DNA of 35,090 nucleotides, taken from IMG/VR virus record IMGVR_UViG_2671180963_000003; one strand, given 5' to 3'. Positions 33,769 through 35,090 of the stretch are shown here, piece by piece. Source of the stretch: a virus (taxonomy: Duplodnaviria; Heunggongvirae; Uroviricota; Caudoviricetes). The stretch's first letter is position 1. Every line of letters starts with the position of its first letter. The notes beneath the pieces were generated by a model. That model saw nothing but the letters and a program-made list of their open reading frames with translations, had not been told where the DNA came from and made no database searches. The translations under genes and the position numbers were made by a program.

Positions 33769-34110
33769 TTAGTCTTTGAAGTCGATGGTCACGTTACCTT
33801 TAAGGGCAAGTTCCATTAAACAACTGCGCTCGTCCTTCATGCTCTTACACAATTTCATCCCGTAAACAACGAGATTATCTTTCTCTTTCCAATATTTTTG
33901 TTTATCTGCATAAACCTCGCTATATTCACTGTCTTTGAGTGAGAGAGCATTTTCTAACTGGCTAATCTCCTGATTCAGATCCTTAATCTCGGCCTTATTT
34001 GACCGGATAGTCTCTTGATGTTGAGTATCGGAATAGTCATACCCACAAACAAATCCACCGATGCCACCAACACACACAGAAACAATAATTGCGTAGATAG
34101 TCTTTTTCAT
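33769..34110 (-). CDS. membrane-anchored or lipoprotein-like coiled-coil protein
   Basis: 113 aa; N-terminal hydrophobic segment with Cys residues, then a heptad-like region; its 5' context (AAAGAGGATTCAATTATGAAAAAG) is nearly identical to that of the upstream gene. Confidence 0.5.
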   Translation of the reverse strand: MKKTIYAIIVSVCVGGIGGFVCGYDYSDTQHQETIRSNKAEIKDLNQEISQLENALSLKDSEYSEVYADKQKYWKEKDNLVVYGMKLCKSMKDERSCLMELALKGNVTIDFKD

Positions 34111-34151
34111 AATTGAATCCTCTTTGAATGAATTACGATATATTTATATCG

Positions 34152-34277
34152 TTAAAAATTGATGCTAATTACCAGACCAAACACAACCGCACCAATCAAA
34201 TCAATCCAGTTAATACACAATCCGCTATATTCTTTCTTGAATGTCTTGGATGAAATGCCATCATGAAATTGTTTCAT
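34152..34277 (-). CDS. hydrophobic micro-protein (41 aa)
   Basis: MKQFHDGISSKTFKKEYSGLCINWIDLIGAVVFGLVISINF; GGGGTGA Shine-Dalgarno; absent from the ORF track because of its size. Confidence 0.3.
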   Translation of the reverse strand: MKQFHDGISSKTFKKEYSGLCINWIDLIGAVVFGLVISINF

Positions 34278-34280
34278 TGC

Positions 34281-34361
34281 TCACCCCATACTAACGACAA
34301 TATAAGAAAGACTAATCATAGTTGTGAGACTACCTCCCACGAATGAGATAAAAGCTAACAT
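34281..34361 (-). CDS. hydrophobic micro-peptide (26 aa)
   Basis: MLAFISFVGGSLTTMISLSYIVVSMG; GGAGAA Shine-Dalgarno 6 nt upstream; lies directly after a minus-strand terminator. Confidence 0.25.
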   Translation of the reverse strand: MLAFISFVGGSLTTMISLSYIVVSMG

Positions 34362-34378
34362 GTTTGATTCTCCAGTTT

Positions 34379-34404
34379 AAAAAGCGGTGGGAATTACACC
34401 CACC
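34379..34404 (-). terminator. rho-independent terminator (minus strand)
   Basis: GGTGGG-tgtaatt-CCCACC followed on the minus strand by GCTTTTT. Confidence 0.45.
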
Positions 34405-34418
34405 AAATTAGAAATTAA

Positions 34419-34805
34419 TTAAGCACGAACGATGGTCAGAGTATCCAGCAAACCTTTTTCGTATAATTCGAAACACGTTTTATATTGCTCAATCTGGAAA
34501 CCATAGCGGGTGATCTTATTCAGTAGGACAATCGCGCTATTCTCATCTAGGTATTGTCCTTGCTGTCCAATGACATAAGTCTCGCGGGATAGTTTCAGCT
34601 TACGGAAACCTTTAACACCTAATTCCTTAGCCACCGCTTTAATCTCTTTAATCTCACCCTCAGCCGCAACATATTCAGCGTCGATAATCTCAGGTGATGA
34701 TCTCAGTGCTACCAGAACTAAGGCCATTGCTTCTTCTTCTGTACGCGCAACACCAGCTTTCTCGAAAGTCATCTCACCAAATTTACGAATCATGATATTG
34801 AACAT
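34419..34805 (-). CDS. hypothetical protein
   Basis: 128 aa ORF in the minus-strand block; weak Shine-Dalgarno. Confidence 0.45.
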   Translation of the reverse strand: MFNIMIRKFGEMTFEKAGVARTEEEAMALVLVALRSSPEIIDAEYVAAEGEIKEIKAVAKELGVKGFRKLKLSRETYVIGQQGQYLDENSAIVLLNKITRYGFQIEQYKTCFELYEKGLLDTLTIVRA

Positions 34806-34817
34806 TGTTTTGCTGCC

Positions 34818-35090
34818 TTACTTCTTGCTGATAAACTCTTTAGCGATAAAGTTGATTACTTCTTTCAGCTTCTTGTCTGTATCGATGCACGCCGGTAATT
34901 CTTCTTTAATCTCCTGCGGCAGATACACATTGCCTTTAAAGTGGAGGAAACCATCATTACCAATCATGTAGGAGAACATCCATTCACAATCGTTATCCGC
35001 TTCCCAGAACGCTACGGTCTCATCGCCAATCAAGGTAATGTCCATGTTGCGACGTGCTGCGTAGTTGATGATTGCTTTGCCGATGTTCAT
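34818..35090 (-). CDS. hypothetical protein (5' end at the window edge, possibly partial)
   Basis: ORF runs to the last base of the window; the ATG at 35090..35088 may be the true start or an internal Met. Confidence 0.4.
   Translation of the reverse strand: MNIGKAIINYAARRNMDITLIGDETVAFWEADNDCEWMFSYMIGNDGFLHFKGNVYLPQEIKEELPACIDTDKKLKEVINFIAKEFISKK

Overview
This window reads as a tailed-phage (siphovirus-type) genome segment, probably temperate, with three parts. All family assignments below are made by eye from motifs and gene order; no database search was run. (1) Left arm, 1-6.6 kb: minus-strand genes of unknown function, a 1.4 kb non-coding control region (2310-3686) with divergent sigma70-like promoters, palindromic operator-like sites, three LexA-box-like sequences and an array of about 9 direct repeats of TTGCCCCTGAAA, then rightward early genes (an acidic protein, a Rha-like regulator) and an antisense two-gene cassette of small HTH proteins. 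(2) Morphogenesis module, 6.6-28.2 kb, all on the plus strand: GpA-type large terminase, gpW-like protein, portal, a fused prohead protease-linker-major capsid protein, connector candidates, a 1174 aa tail fibre with a C-terminal intramolecular chaperone domain, three tandem paralogous Gly-rich ~100 aa proteins, major tail tube protein, G/T chaperone pair, tape measure, tip proteins and an I-J-like central fibre whose C-terminus resembles the lambda J receptor-binding region. (3) Right arm, 28.2-35.1 kb: small membrane proteins, a Peptidase_M15-type endolysin, a T5orf172/GIY-YIG-like protein convergent with a large serine recombinase, and minus-strand secreted/membrane proteins plus two hydrophobic micro-ORFs. 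UUCG-tetraloop rho-independent terminators are frequent. No tRNA, rRNA or CRISPR array was found. The best candidates for something undescribed are the triplicated small-protein family after the tail fibre, the direct-repeat array with its paralogous HTH proteins, and the recombinase/T5orf172/micro-ORF accessory region.
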